This document shows, in pieces, positions 1-12,425 of a stretch of 64,000 nucleotides of DNA (positions within the stretch are counted from its first letter, which is position 1; every line of letters begins with the position of its first letter). This DNA is from Podarcis bocagei. Its lineage: Eukaryota. Position numbers and translations under genes: made by a program. The stretch lies in NCBI GenBank assembly GCA_964188305.1, contig OZ076886.1. The stretch is one strand, 5' to 3'. Under the pieces are notes generated by a model. It made no database searches. It saw only the letters and a list, made by a program, of their open reading frames with translations, and had not been told where the DNA came from.

Positions 1-66
1 CTGGAGATGATATTGAACCCCTGGGCCTTCTGTATTCAAAGCATGTGTTCTACAACTGAGCTATGG
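1..66 (-). mobile_element. tRNA-derived SINE head fragment
   Basis: Reverse complement ccatagctcagttgtagaac...ggttcaat has degenerate A/B boxes; a related fragment lies at ~38945-39022. Confidence 0.6.
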
Positions 67-649
67 TATAGCTTGCAATAATTTTACTGCTCCCCACCTT
101 CCCTTGCAGGACATTTCTGCATGGTGGTTAGTGGTGCAAACATATAGGTTGCAATAACAAACAAACACAGCTGTTACCCTCTCCACTATTTCAACAAGTC
201 ATGCAAATTTAGGAATAACATGTATATGTGGGAAAAATTTTAGTGTATGAAAAATTCCTTTGTGTTCACTGAACTATCTGCACAGTAAGTTTTGGGATTC
301 ATTAGAAGCACTGCATCATATTTACCAAGAGAGCCTCGCTGACAGAGGTAGCAGAAACTTCTTTTCCTAAATGGGTCGGTATCAGCCATTTAAAGGCCAC
401 CTCCTTTCATCTGAACTTTTCCACTCCTCCTGCCTTCAGATATTAGGATGGAGAATATGTGGGTAAGAGCCTTTTCTGCTGTTGTGCGCAGTCTTTAAAG
501 CAATCTCTTCCAAGATAGCAGCACACTCTCTTGATCGTTTTTGCTCTTTAGTGAGCCTACGTTACCACTTATGTTACGAAGGAATGGTAACATAGTGGTA
601 ACATGTTACCAAGGAATGGGTTACCGCTCTTTCCTTTGGTCTTCTACTG

Positions 650-821
650 CAGAACTTCCCAAACTTTTCATGTTGGTGACACACTTTTAGACATCATTTC
701 ACAACACAGTAATTCAGTTTTACTAGCAAACCAGAGGTTAAACTAACCCCTTTCCAGCCCTGGGAGGAGCGCAGGGAGTGTTCGCACTACACACCTACAC
801 ATTGCAGTTTGAAAAACTGTG
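650..821. mobile_element. Non-autonomous hAT MITE
   Basis: Perfect 8-bp TSD TTCTACTG (642-649, 822-829); degenerate CAG..CCCAAACT TIRs. Confidence 0.75.
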
Positions 822-1186
822 TTCTACTGAGTTTTTCTGATTTGTCTCCAGTGATCTCATATTTTGATTTGATTTTGTTTGCACTTTTTCTTATTGCAAG
901 CATATTTTGAAACTTGCATGCCACTTCATCTCTCCCATGCAAGTTGTCTCTGCAATGAGTAATGCTTGAGAGACTACTGTGGTCAGTCATCCATTAACTT
1001 TAAAAATCTTAGTTTTGCAAACATATACACCATTTTAATATTCAGTATATATTACAGTCTATAGCTCTTAATAGAGGTCACCAGCCTTTTTGGGTCCATG
1101 GGCACATTTGCTCACCAGATAAATTGTTGTGGGCACAACACATAGCACAACCTAGTCTATTGGCTACAATTATTCTTCCAATATTA

Positions 1187-2309
1187 CCGTATTTTCGCTC
1201 TATAGGACGCACCGGACAATAGGACGCACCTTGTTTTAGAGGGGGGAAAACAAGAAAAAAAATTCTCCCCCTCTCTGCCCAGCACCCCTTCAGCGAAGCG
1301 GCAGGAGGCGCTGCGCAGAGAGGGGGAGAATTTTCCCCCTCTTGTTTTCCCCCTCTAAAACAAGGTGCCGTTTAGTCGCCTTCAGGCGGCTACCTTGGAA
1401 GCCTGGAGAGCGAGAGGGGTCGGTGGGCACCAGGCTTCTCTCGCTTTCCAGGCTTCAGGTTCCTTTCGACCTGCTCTTTGTGGCTGGCAGGGGGAAGCCC
1501 ACCACCAGCCCCAAAGAGCAGGTCGGGGAGTGGGGAAAGGCGCGCAGTGGAGAGGCTCCTGCCATAGCCCCCCGTGTGCTCTCCAGGCTGGAGAGGTGAC
1601 ACGCAGCTATAGAGGCTCCTGCCATAGTCGCGCGTCACCTCTCCAGCTGGGAGAGGGTCGCAGGGGGCTGCTTTAGCCGCGCGCGCGCTCTCCCTGCCGG
1701 AGAGGTGGTGCGTGGCTAAAGAGACTTTTGCCATAGTCTCGCGTCACCTCTCCAGCTGGGAGAGGGTCGCGGGGGGCTGCTTTAGCCGCGCGCGTGCTCT
1801 CCCGGCTGGAGAGGTGGTGCGCGGCTAAAGAGACTTCTGCCATAGTCGTGCGTCACCTCTCCAGCCGGGAGAGGATCCCGGGGGGCTTGTTTAGCTGTGC
1901 GCGCGCTCTTCCGGCTGGAGAGGTGACACGCAGCTGTAGAGGCTCCTGCCATAGCTGCGCGTCACCTCTCCAGCTGGGAGAGGGTCGCGGGGGGCTGCTT
2001 TAGCTGCGTGCGCACTCTCCCGGCTGGAGAGGTGACGCGCAGCTATAGAGGCTCCTGCCAAAACCGCCCGTCACCTCTCCAGCCGGGAGAGGGTCTCGGG
2101 GGGCTTGTTTAGCTAAAGAAGCCTCCCGCGACCCTCTCCCGGCTGGAGAAGTGGTGTGCGGCTAAAGAGGCTCCTGCCATAGCTGCGCGCCACCTCTCCA
2201 GCCGGGAGAGGGTCACGGGGCTATTGCTTCTCCGCTCCATAGGACGCACACACATTTCCCCTTCATTTTTGAAGGGGAAAAAGTGCGTCCTATAGAGCGA
2301 AAAATACGG
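1187..2309. mobile_element. Non-autonomous Tc1/mariner (Tc2-like) DNA transposon carrying a hairpin array
   Basis: TA TSDs; TIRs CCGTATTTTCGCTCTATAGGACGCAC / GTGCGTCCTATAGAGCGAAAAATACGG. Confidence 0.88.
1541..2220. repeat. GC-rich 109-bp tandem repeat, 6 units, each a 32-bp inverted repeat with a 13-nt loop
   Basis: Left arms start at 1579, 1688, 1797, 1906, 2015 and 2134. Confidence 0.92.
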
Positions 2310-3205
2310 TAATTTCATCAGAGGCAGGGGACCCTATGGGCTCTAAAGAAAACCTCTGCAGGCATGTATATGTCTGTGGGCATCATCTTGGCAACCCCTG
2401 ACTCAGAAACAGAATGGTAATGTGGAAAACCTCATGTGCTTAAAAAAAATTGCAGACTGCAATTCTGCAGTGACTTTGACTTTCTGATTTATCTTATTTG
2501 CCCATTGTGTGGTGTAGGTGATGCTATTGAATAGCTCACTTTATCTCTCCCTAGTTGCCCACAGAATTCATGGAAAAACAACAAATATTTAACTTCAGGT
2601 TTTTAATACGAATTTAGCATGACAGATCAAATGTAAAAGTACATGCAATTTAACACCCTATTTATTTATGATTACCTTTTGAACCATGCCAACGAATCCA
2701 CCATAGATTTTTTTAAAGTTCTAAATATTGTATGGAATGCTGTGCCTTCCTGCTTGGAGTCACCTTACATTATATACAGCAATATTAAATGCCACCATGT
2801 ATAAACATTGGTATTAATGTATTTTTCTAGACCTCTAGCATAATTTCAGGGTTTGTTTTCATTATGTTGGAGCAGATGTTAGTATGTACAACTCAGCCAT
2901 CTTCTTGACAGCACAGCGAGTCTTAGAATTCAGCCATAAATTGTATTCTTAACCATGAAAATAACTAGGATCCATTAAGTGCTATAGTTATAATTTTATG
3001 TTAAATGTAAAGCTCAGGGAATGAGCTGAAGGCACTTGAGCTGAAAACAAGCAGTTCTGGTCAGCAATTGTTTAGAAACCACAAATTCACCACCTTGGGT
3101 TCCATGGTGGAAAAAAGATGGGATATAAATGTAAGAAAATAAATAAAGCAGGGGCTGTAATGCTTAAATTAATTTATTGCTACAATTTCTTATTGTTTGT
3201 TATAG

Positions 3206-3246
3206 GAGAAGACTGACATTGAAGGTACTTTATTTGTATATAAAAG
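3206..3246 (+). CDS. DCP1A: DCP1A coding exon 2 (EKTDIEGTLFVYKR, EVH1 domain)
   Basis: ttatag|GAG...AAAAG|gtaagt; 41 nt; peptide matches the vertebrate DCP1 EVH1 N-terminus. Confidence 0.95.
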
Positions 3247-4372
3247 GTAAGTGTATATCAATCTTATTCTAGAGTCAGTTTTGCTTCCAACACTATGAAT
3301 TGCAAAACTATTTGCTGTTCAAATAGAACATGCCTATTTTCCCCTACCTGCAGTTCTAAAAAAACAAATTTGGGCTTTCTTTTGATAAACAAGGTTTTCA
3401 GGAAAGCTTACATGCTACGGTGTTGTGCTGGTGTTAGCAACCCTATATATGATATTATTTAAAAATTTGTCATATCTTTTATGTAAACAAATATGCTTCA
3501 AATTCTGGTGTTTGTGTGGAAGAACCTCCCTGTTCCTTGGTCACATTAAATGGTATTTTCACCTGCCCCAATTCTTGGATATCCTTCTTAAGAAGGAGTA
3601 ACTAGTACTGTACACAATTGAAATGGCTATAGTATGCTTAAATAAAGAAAGAAAATACTTTCCTAGTAACTGTTTTCACACTAAATTTGCCTCTTTCAAA
3701 TTTCACTGATCCCCCCCCCCCCCTGTGAACCAGATAAATCTTTCCTGGATAATCACAGCCAGTTTAGCCAAATTCTCACAGGACATGCCTTGTGGCATAT
3801 CCCTTCAGTGTGGAAAGCTTTATAACTCAATAAAGCTTTTCATTGGCTTCATTTCAGCATCTGCCACAAAATTCTTGTTATCTTTTACTCTTTGTGCAAC
3901 ATCTTTTCTTTTTACCCTTGTTTTCCATTATATACATGCCTGTGACTTTTTGTTCTTCAAAATTTATCCCTTCAGCCCTCCCAGAAGTTCCATTCTATAC
4001 ATTCCTTGCTGGTGCCTATGCCCAGAGCACTGTCTCCCTTCAAATCCTTCATCATGATGCGCCTTTCCTGTGAAGCCTTTGGCTTAATTTGTTTAGTCCT
4101 TATCCCCAAGTAAAAGGCAACCTTAATATGCACTTGGTTTTTTGAGCCCTCACGTTTCTTACTTCTGCTTTCCCTCTCTACCATTTGTTTCCCCCACAGT
4201 CAAAATTCTTCTTATTTATTAAACTTGTTAGTTTCATATTACAGGCGCTCCTGTAGAATGTACAATAATAATTAGATTGTAAGTTCCACAAGGAAGGACA
4301 TAACCTGGATATGATGTGAATTGTGCACTGTAAATTACAGGCATGCAGGAGGTAGATTGGGATCTTCTGGTA

Positions 4373-4594
4373 CAGTCATATCATGTTGTGTCCGCTTCAG
4401 GTTGCATGTGTTCGTCTTGCATCCTGCGGCAACCCGGAAGTACCAGAACGGATTACTTCTGGGTTTTGCTGCTCGTGCATGCGCGGAAGTGCTAAATTGC
4501 GCGCCTGTGCAGACGCGGCGCTTCAGCTTGCATCAGTTCTGTGTTACGGATGGGCCTCCGGAACGGATCCCATCAGTTACACGAGGTTCCACTG
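4373..4594. mobile_element. Tigger/pogo-like MITE
   Basis: TA|CAGT...ACTG|TA ends; a related copy lies at ~27725-27947. Confidence 0.7.
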
Positions 4595-5586
4595 TACACC
4601 TCTTAACAATTTGAAGTAGATTGGCAAGGATTTCTGACTCCCCAGCTGATTAACAGTGACAGCAACAAAACAGCTCCCTCACTAACTTATACAGTCGAGA
4701 TGAACAAAAGTGGGAATACCCAGGAGAGGGATTTTGTGTGGAATTCAGTTCCTGGAATTGTAGAGTTTGAAGGGATCCCTGAGGCTCATCTAGTCCAGTT
4801 CAGTTCTGCTACTCATAACAAATTCCTGGGCTCTGAATGCTAACTGTATGCCTTTTGCACCAGGCTCCTAGTTAAAAAAATGAAATGGCTCCCTCAAGTC
4901 TGTGCACTCCTTCTGTAAATAATGGCAAAACAGACAATAACATAAGTTTTGTCATTTTGGTTGTTGTAAGACAATGATCTAGTGATATGTGGTTAAGATT
5001 TGGTCTCCATATTTAATAGGGTGGGGTAGGATTTTAATGTTGCTGCAAGATGAGCATTTCTGGTTTATTAAGATTCTCTTTTATGTATTTTATATTTTGT
5101 ATTAGATATGCTTTTATAACTGTTAGCTGCTTAGAGACATGTTTGTAGTCAGTAACAAATAAATATAAATAATAATGATTTAATATTTTTAATTACATCA
5201 AAAATGTTCAGCTACTCTTTCCATGGATGTTAGTGGTTGACCCCTAGTGGTTCCCATGCAGAACTGGGCCCAAGGGGAGGTAACCTAGTCCATTTCAGGT
5301 TCTGCTTTTGCACTTCTCATATAGGCATCTGGTTGGCCACTGTAAAAACAGGATGCTGGACTAGATGGACCATTTTATGTTCTTAGCTGCCTCTTCAGGT
5401 GGCAGCCTCTGCCAGTGGTCATGTATCTTTCCCCCTGACTGATTTTAGTAAGCATTGAATTTGCAATGAAGAGGGGAAGTGTATAACTGTGAGAGTTTCC
5501 CATAGTATCTTCAGACCTATGGTAGAGGGGATGTAGAGGATTGGTATTAACAGTAAGTAACTGACGACACTTATGTAATATTCTCC

Positions 5587-5630
5587 CCTTCCTTCCTTCC
5601 TTCCTTCCTTCCTTCCTTCCTTCCTTCCTT
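5587..5630. repeat. (CCTT)11 microsatellite
   Basis: Direct reading. Confidence 0.95.
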
Positions 5631-6498
5631 TTTATTTTGACTTACTGAAACTAAACTGGCTTGAAAGAATGGCCATAGAAATGCTGTTTAGCAGAATAAT
5701 AGTAGTTGCAGTGTATCATCATTATATGAAATAGTTTAGTGTGACACTAGAGTTTGAGGTTAAAGGGAGTATTTTAAATATATGGTAAATAGAGGGTATA
5801 ACCTTGAAATAGAGCTGTAGGAGTTTTTTGAGGGAGGAGGCCAACTTTAACTGCTGGAAATATTTAGAGGATGAGTTGGTGCTTGAAGGTGGCACGGAGA
5901 ATCACTTTACAAGGTAGTGGACACTTGTGGTCAGCAGAGTGTTGCAATCTGTGGGTGATGAGAATAGAAAATGTGTTCATCACCAAAGCAATTTAATCTT
6001 TGGGTTTACTTAGGCCTGTAACATAGATATGCTGTGTGCTTCATTCTAATGGTTGACTGTTACAGATGGAGTGTCAGGTTACAACTGAATATGCATGCTT
6101 TTTAACTACTCTGTCTGTTGGCTGAGGGTCTTTAACTCTCTGTTTCCGTTCTTGAACTTGCCACTCTCACCCCTCTTATCATGCATACTGGACATCTCTA
6201 AGGACCCTAGTTGGTATTGTCCTTACATATAACTTGGAGGGTGCAGAACATGAGAGTCCTTTTCTGACCCGCTCAGTTATCCGTAGAAGATGAGATGGGT
6301 GCTTTGTGGTCTGTACAGTTTAATGTAGGCTTCCAGGCCTATTTCCTGGTACTTAAGGCAGCAGTCCTAACCCTACTAACCTGGAAGTAATCCACATTGC
6401 ATTCAAAAGGACTTACTTCTGAGGAGACATGGTTAGGATTGTGCTGTTCTGATTTCCTTCTGCTTGTGTACATGTATACAGTTAAGGATTAAAAAATA

Positions 6499-6852
6499 CA
6501 GTGGTGCCTCGCAAGACGAAATTAATTCGTTCCGCGAGTTTTTTCGTCTAGCGAATTTTTTGTCTTGCGAAGCACGGTGTCGGAAAAGTTTTGGAAAAGC
6601 TTCAAAAATCACCAAAAACCTCAAAAAAGGCTACCACACCGCGTTCTATGAGTTGCTCCTCGAAGTCAAGTCACAACTGTATTAACGGTGTTAAGAAAAA
6701 GGAAACAAACTTGCAAAAAACGCAAGACGTTTTTGTCTTGCGAAGCAAGCCCATAGGGAAATTCGTCTTGCAAAGCAGCTCAAAAACCGCAAAACCCTTT
6801 CGTCTAGCGAGTTTTTCGTCTTGCAAGGCATTCGTCTTGCGGGGCACCACTG
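6499..6852. mobile_element. Tigger/pogo-like MITE (young, CpG retained)
   Basis: TA TSD; TIR CAGTGGTGCCTCGCAAGACGAA / TTCGTCTTGCGGGGCACCACTG; internal TTCGTCTTGC sub-repeats. Confidence 0.88.
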
Positions 6853-8551
6853 TAACTCTTTAATAACAGTCTTCTCAGTAATGCTTTAATGCTAGCAGTG
6901 CTTTTAAAACTGTTCTTGTGAACCATTTATTTTATTTTGGGCAGCAAGAAAAATATCAATATGATCAGTTTTCTCCGAAACCTTTTTAGAGATCTAGATA
7001 AAATAAGTCAAAACCAAAAATGTCACTCTTCTTGTTTACACTGTTGTAATGCCTTTGGGCTTTCTACACATGCTATTTCCAGACCTTTACTGCTGTAATC
7101 ATGACTTCACTTGAATTTTAATTATTTTTGACATGCTAACTCAGGCTGTTAGTCCATCTGTTATAATAGATGTAGAAAATTAAGAAGAAAGTATGTATTA
7201 AAGTGACCTCTTATGTTTCTCAGACACAGCCCAATGACACTTTAGGCCTGTTAACTTTATGGGATAGCATGCTTAACAGTGTGCTAGAATGCAGTTTGTG
7301 TCGTTTTTCTCTTGCATTCCCAATAGATATTTAATTTATTGTTATTTAATTTGGTTTCAAACACAGCTGTTCTTAACACAGATATACTTTTTATTTATAT
7401 AAGAAAGGGTATGTTTGCAATAACGTTTTTTTCCTAGAAAATAGCTCATCATTGAAAATACATACTTTATAGCTATTTTTGGTATATTTGATACTTTTGA
7501 TCCTGAAGTGCTTTCTGAAGTGTATTTTGGGGTGGGGGTGACTCTATACTTGCACTGTTCTGTTTTTTTTTTGGGGGGGGGCAAGAATTAGCATTTATGA
7601 AAAGTTTGAGAATTGGATTTAAGTGTGCCTCTACAAGTTATGTTTCCCACTCCCTCTCTCTGAATTGCTATTGATAACCTGAAATGCTAGCATTCTGCTC
7701 TAAAAGTTTTGCATACAAGGTTGTAAGCATACCAAAGTATCCTTCGGTGTTTTTTCATGTCATGTGAAACTTGCTATATAATTTTAAATAAAGCAGAAGA
7801 ATGAATTTAATCCTCTTTGGAGTAGCCTTGAAAATCAGTTTTCTTTTCTTTCTTTCTTTTTAAAAAAGATTGTGCATCTCTTCTTCCCCTCCCCTAGTTT
7901 TAGTTACAATATTGCTAATTAGACTAATTAGACTAATCATTGCTATCTTTTTGATAGTCAGATACAGAAATACAACAATTCATCTGGTTAGATCCAAAGG
8001 TACCAGTCTGTGAGCTTGGCACATGTGTGTTCTCTGATTTAGGAGGAGTGCTATTCTTCTTGCATGAACTTTTGTCTTAGCTCTTGAATAATATCTCCAA
8101 TTAGCCACTGAACAATAGTTCACAGAACAGCACCACTCCCAGAATTCCTTATGCTTGTGAAACACCTTGTGTTTCAAATAGCAAGCTTGCATGGCATTTT
8201 GATTTTACTAAAGTCATTTGGATATTCCCAAAGGAGTAATTGCTGATGGAAAAGCTTCTGTCAACAGAACCAGGAGGGAAGCAATTTGGTGATTCTACCT
8301 GCCCACTGGAGCCCCCTTTCTGCAAAGAATTTTTCTTGTGAAGTGGTATAAAAATTATTAAATTAAAAAAAAGTTCTCCAAAGAGCTGAAACCCTCCCCC
8401 ATTCTGCTTCACCATCATTTGAGTGATAGCGTTGGATACATTTCATCACCATCATTGCTATTGATTATTTTCCTGAAAGCAGGTTGTTATTCATATAATG
8501 CATTTATTTAATAGTTTTTTTCCTCTGGATATCCATGTTATGCATTTACAC

Positions 8552-8687
8552 CAATGGTGGCCAAACTTGGCCCTCCAGCTGTTTTTGGACTACAACTCTC
8601 ATCATCCCTAGCTAACGGGACCAGTGGTCAGGGATGATGGGAATTGTAGTCCCAAAACAGCTGGAGGGCCAAGTTTGGCCACCACTG
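8552..8687. mobile_element. Palindromic hAT mini-MITE
   Basis: Perfect 8-bp TSD ATTTACAC; near-perfect fold-back arms of ~55 bp. Confidence 0.9.
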
Positions 8688-8725
8688 ATTTACACAGTTG
8701 TTTTGTTATTCTCTTGAAATAACAG

Positions 8726-8853
8726 GTCTGCGTCACCTTACCATGGCTTCACAATTGTGAATCGACTGAATATGCACAACTTGGTTGAGCCTGTAAACAA
8801 AGACTTGGAGTTTCAACTACACGAGCCCTTTCTTCTGTACAGAAATGCTAACT
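8726..8853 (+). CDS. DCP1A: DCP1A coding exon 3 (SASPYHGFTIVNRLNMHNLVEPVNKDLEFQLHEPFLLYRNAN)
   Basis: aacag|G...AACT|gtgagt; 128 nt; contains the NR-loop; in frame with exon 2. Confidence 0.97.
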
Positions 8854-10842
8854 GTGAGTATAAACTTGGAATAATGTTGTTATTTAGGAGACCCCACTTT
8901 TTGAACTGCCCTGGACCACTTCTGCCATTAAAGTAATATACGTGTAACATGACAGTAGCTAGTTAGACTCTAAACACCAGTTCAGTTTCTGGGGTGCCAC
9001 TCTTCCAGCTGTGTTCCATCCATAAACAGTGTTAATTCCGTGTGTTATATAGTCTTCTGTCTTTCTGTTTCGACACCTCTCTGGTCTTTTTGTGTCCTCG
9101 AACACCTGTCTCCATAATTCCAATTGATTGAATAGTAGCAAATAATGGTTCTTAACTGATGTGTTGAGGTAGGGTAATGTCAAAGGCTAGCAGGGATGGG
9201 CAGATGCTTGGTTAGGGGGGTGAAGTAAAAAGTCTTGGGAAGCAGCATGCAGTGGGTAGGCCATGCTAGATTTGCGTGTGCATTGTGGCCCTTCTCCAAG
9301 TCACCACTTCTCAGAGCTAATTAGGGCTGGCACCCCAGCCAGCTGGAGGCAAATTGTTCTGAACATGATGGGCCTTATTCAGCATAGCATGTATTTGTTA
9401 TTTTCAGCATTTCTGTCCTACCTTTCATTAAAACTATATTCCAGATAGGAAATGGGCACAAGCAAATTATCCCCAAAGATCATAATTTAATTACTTTAGT
9501 TTGGCACAGCCCTATTTCCTTTCATTCAAGGCTTTGCTATGAGATCAAACACATGTCACATAACCATTCTCTTGCCACCAGAGGTAATGTTTGCAAGGAC
9601 CTGAGAAATTCAAAAAGCAGGATATTTTGAATCAGTTTGGCAAGTCTGCTGGATCTCTGTCCTCTCTTGACCACAGTATCTTTAGCTGAGGGAGCAGGCA
9701 TGCAGATATCCAGCTATTTGTTTTAGGAAAAATTGTGTTTTTCCTGATAACAGTAACAGCTGGATTATTCTTTAAATCTTTTTAAAAAGCTAGCATCACT
9801 TATGCTAATTATTCAGTATTGAATATGTTTGTAACATCAGTAATATGCAGGAAGCAATATAAAGCACTCAGTGACGAAAAGGATATGACTGCAAGTAAAA
9901 ACATTTCTAGTGCCCTACAGAGTTGCTAACTGTGCCTTTCTCCATAAAGGGCTTAAAATCTAAGTATCAACGATTTAATAAATTCATAGATACAAATGTG
10001 ATCAAAAATTTCAGAACCTTGGGTTTGTTTGGTTTTTAAATCAACAATTTTGAACTTACCTCTAAAGGTCTTAAAGAAGTATGCCTCCAAATCAGTTTCA
10101 CTCACAATTCTTCCTTTGTATCTAATGTCACTGTCTTGATGTAGAGAACGAAATTCCATGCTAATATTAAAAGATAGGTGGTGGTATACAACTCTGAATT
10201 CTCAAATGAAGATATTGCCTGCACTTGTCCCTTTTCTTCTTTTTTGAGCTCTGTATGTCCTTTTCCCACTTGAAATGCAGCAGCAGAGATATAATTCCAG
10301 AAGGATATACTTGAAACTCTGTTACCTTGGTGGTAACAACAGATTGCTCCCTAAATATACCTTTGTAGCCAGGCAGTCTTATTTCGTTGCTGTAAAAATA
10401 TCAAAGTGGGTCCAGAAAGTTGAAGACCAGCCACATGTGGATATCAGCAGTGTTGTCAGAGTGACATGTGTTTGATCAGGGAAGGGGAATGGATCTTTAG
10501 TAACTGCTTTAACTCTGCCTTCTCAAGAAAGATAAGGAGTGGGACTGCTGTTGCTATTTCTGTAGAGAGAAATGGTAAAATTGCATTTAGGGTGTTTATA
10601 ATGGAGTTTAAGTTGAGGGCAGCCAAACATGTAGAATAGTGTGGCGCAATGAGCTAATGTGTTAAACAGCAGTCACTTTCTTGTTCTGTGTTCTGTTGCA
10701 AAGCAGTTATCTCTTTTCTGTCTTCGATAGCTAGCTTTGTTCAGGACAAATCCATTAGTACTTGGCTTTGATATCCTCTTAGACATATGTTTTGTTTCAC
10801 CGTGCTAATAACTCCAGATTAAATCAAAGACTCTTCTCTCCT

Positions 10843-10898
10843 CCTTCCTTCCTTCCTTCCTTCCTTCCTTCCTTCCTTCCTTCCTTCCTTCCTTCCTT
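10843..10898. repeat. (CCTT)14 microsatellite
   Basis: Direct reading. Confidence 0.95.
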
Positions 10899-10912
10899 AG
10901 CATAACCTTTAA

Positions 10913-11157
10913 CAGAGGTCAGCAAACATTTTCAGCAGGGCCACTGTCCCTCAGACCTTGTGGGAGGCCGGACTATATATGGTTTTGGGGTGTGTGTGTG
11001 AATTCCTATGCCCCACAAATAACCCAGAGATGCATTTTAAATAAAAGGATACATTCTACTCATGTAAAAACACGCTGGTTCCCGGACAATCCGCAGGCCG
11101 GATTTAGAAGGCGATTGGACCGGCCCCGGCCCCTGGGCCTTATTTTCCCTATCCATG
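10913..11157. mobile_element. hAT (Charlie-like) MITE
   Basis: Ends cagaggtcagcaaac / ttccctatccatg; GGGCC subterminal motifs. Confidence 0.6.
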
Positions 11158-11311
11158 CTTTAAAACCTTTAATTGTTACACCCTGTCTTTTATAAGTTAT
11201 ATTACAGTTGGTAGTTGTTGCTACTTTGCAATGAATTCAGCTCGTATTATTGGTCTTACAAGTTTTCCCTTGAGTTAGAAAATGTTTGTGAGAAGATGTC
11301 GCTTGTATTTA

Positions 11312-11552
11312 CAGTGGTACCTTGGTTTATCAACTTAATCTGTTCCAGAAGTCTGCTCTTAACCCGAAACCATTCTTAAACCGAGGCTCACTTTCCCTAA
11401 TGAGGCCTCCCACCACCGGTGCCTTTCCACCCTTCGGATTCCGTTTTTAGACCGAGGTAAAGTTCGCAAACCAGGACACTACTTCTGGTTTTGCAGAGTT
11501 CGTAAACCGAATCGTTCATAAACAGGACTGTTCTTAAACCAAGGTACCACTG
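11312..11552. mobile_element. Tigger-like MITE
   Basis: TA TSD; TIR CAGTGGTACCTTGGTTTA / TAAACCAAGGTACCACTG. Confidence 0.87.
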
Positions 11553-12425
11553 TATTATTATGATTTATTAAATTTATATACTGCCCTCTTCACAGGGCAG
11601 TTTCCAATAGTACATACCGTAATAACAAACAAAAACAGTACTGTACCCACCCCACATGCTTTAAAATGCCAGAGATTGTTTAATTAGCCAAAGGCCTGGG
11701 GTAAGGGGAATGTTTTTGCCTGACACCTCATAATATGTAACAACAAGCCACCACAGAAAAGGCCCATTTTCTCCCCCCCCTTTTTTAATTAAATTTTATT
11801 TCCAATATACAATATTTTAAAACCACAAACATACCAAAAAAAAGAAGAAAAATAAACAAAAATAAACAACAAACATCAAAACATAAATGCATTTCTCCAA
11901 AAGTACTAATTCCTATCCTATCCTATCATATCATCATTCTGACTTCCCTCCACCATGATTTGAGCTATATCACATTAATAACCTTCTTGCAGTTCCTTCT
12001 TTCAACCATTGTCTTTACTTCGCAGATTCTATAATTCACCTATTGTTATTTTTATATTTCCTAAGTTTTTTTCCATGTATAATATAAATTTGTTCCAATC
12101 ATTAATAAATTTTTTGTTACTCTGATGCCTGATCTTCTGTGTCATTTTTGCTAGCTCTGAGTACTCAAATAGCTTGTTTTGCCAGTGAGCAACCTGGCCA
12201 TTGAACTCTGCAGCAGCTGAACTTTCCAAACTGTCTTGAAAGACAGACTTACCTATATAATTGTGTTGCAGTAATCTAACCTAGAGGTTACCAGAGCCTA
12301 GATGACATAAGCTGGGCATATCCAGATAGGGGTGCGGTTGGGCCACCAGCCAAAGCTGATAGAAGGCACTCTGTCCCACTGAGGCCACCTGAACCTAAAG
12401 CGACAGCAGTGGGTTCAGAAGTACT
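11553..12425 (-). mobile_element. L2 LINE 3' fragment interrupted by an L1-type 3' end
   Basis: L2-like tail at 11553-11770; degenerate L2 RT sequence (gcagtaatctaacctagaggttacc) at 12190-12425. Confidence 0.6.
11781..12187 (-). mobile_element. L1/Tx1-type LINE 3' end
   Basis: Minus-strand peptide WQNKLFEYSELAKMT...DWNKFILY resembles the ORF2 C-terminus; AATAAA and A-rich tail on the minus strand. Confidence 0.65.

Larger units (their letters stand above)
1072..2400. mobile_element. Old hAT-type MITE interrupted by the Tc2 element
   Basis: Ends tagaggtcaccagcc / ttggcaacccctg resemble CAGGGGTCGCCAAC TIRs; TSD degenerate. Confidence 0.5.

Noticed and set aside
1-66. tRNA gene
   Set aside because: Degenerate A/B boxes without a full cloverleaf; it is a SINE head
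1541-2220. Repeat array as a CRISPR-like locus, or its ORFs (1342-2318) as proteins
   Set aside because: Loops and linkers are repeated rather than unique spacers, the context is a vertebrate intron with no cas genes, and the ORFs are by-products of GC-rich repeats
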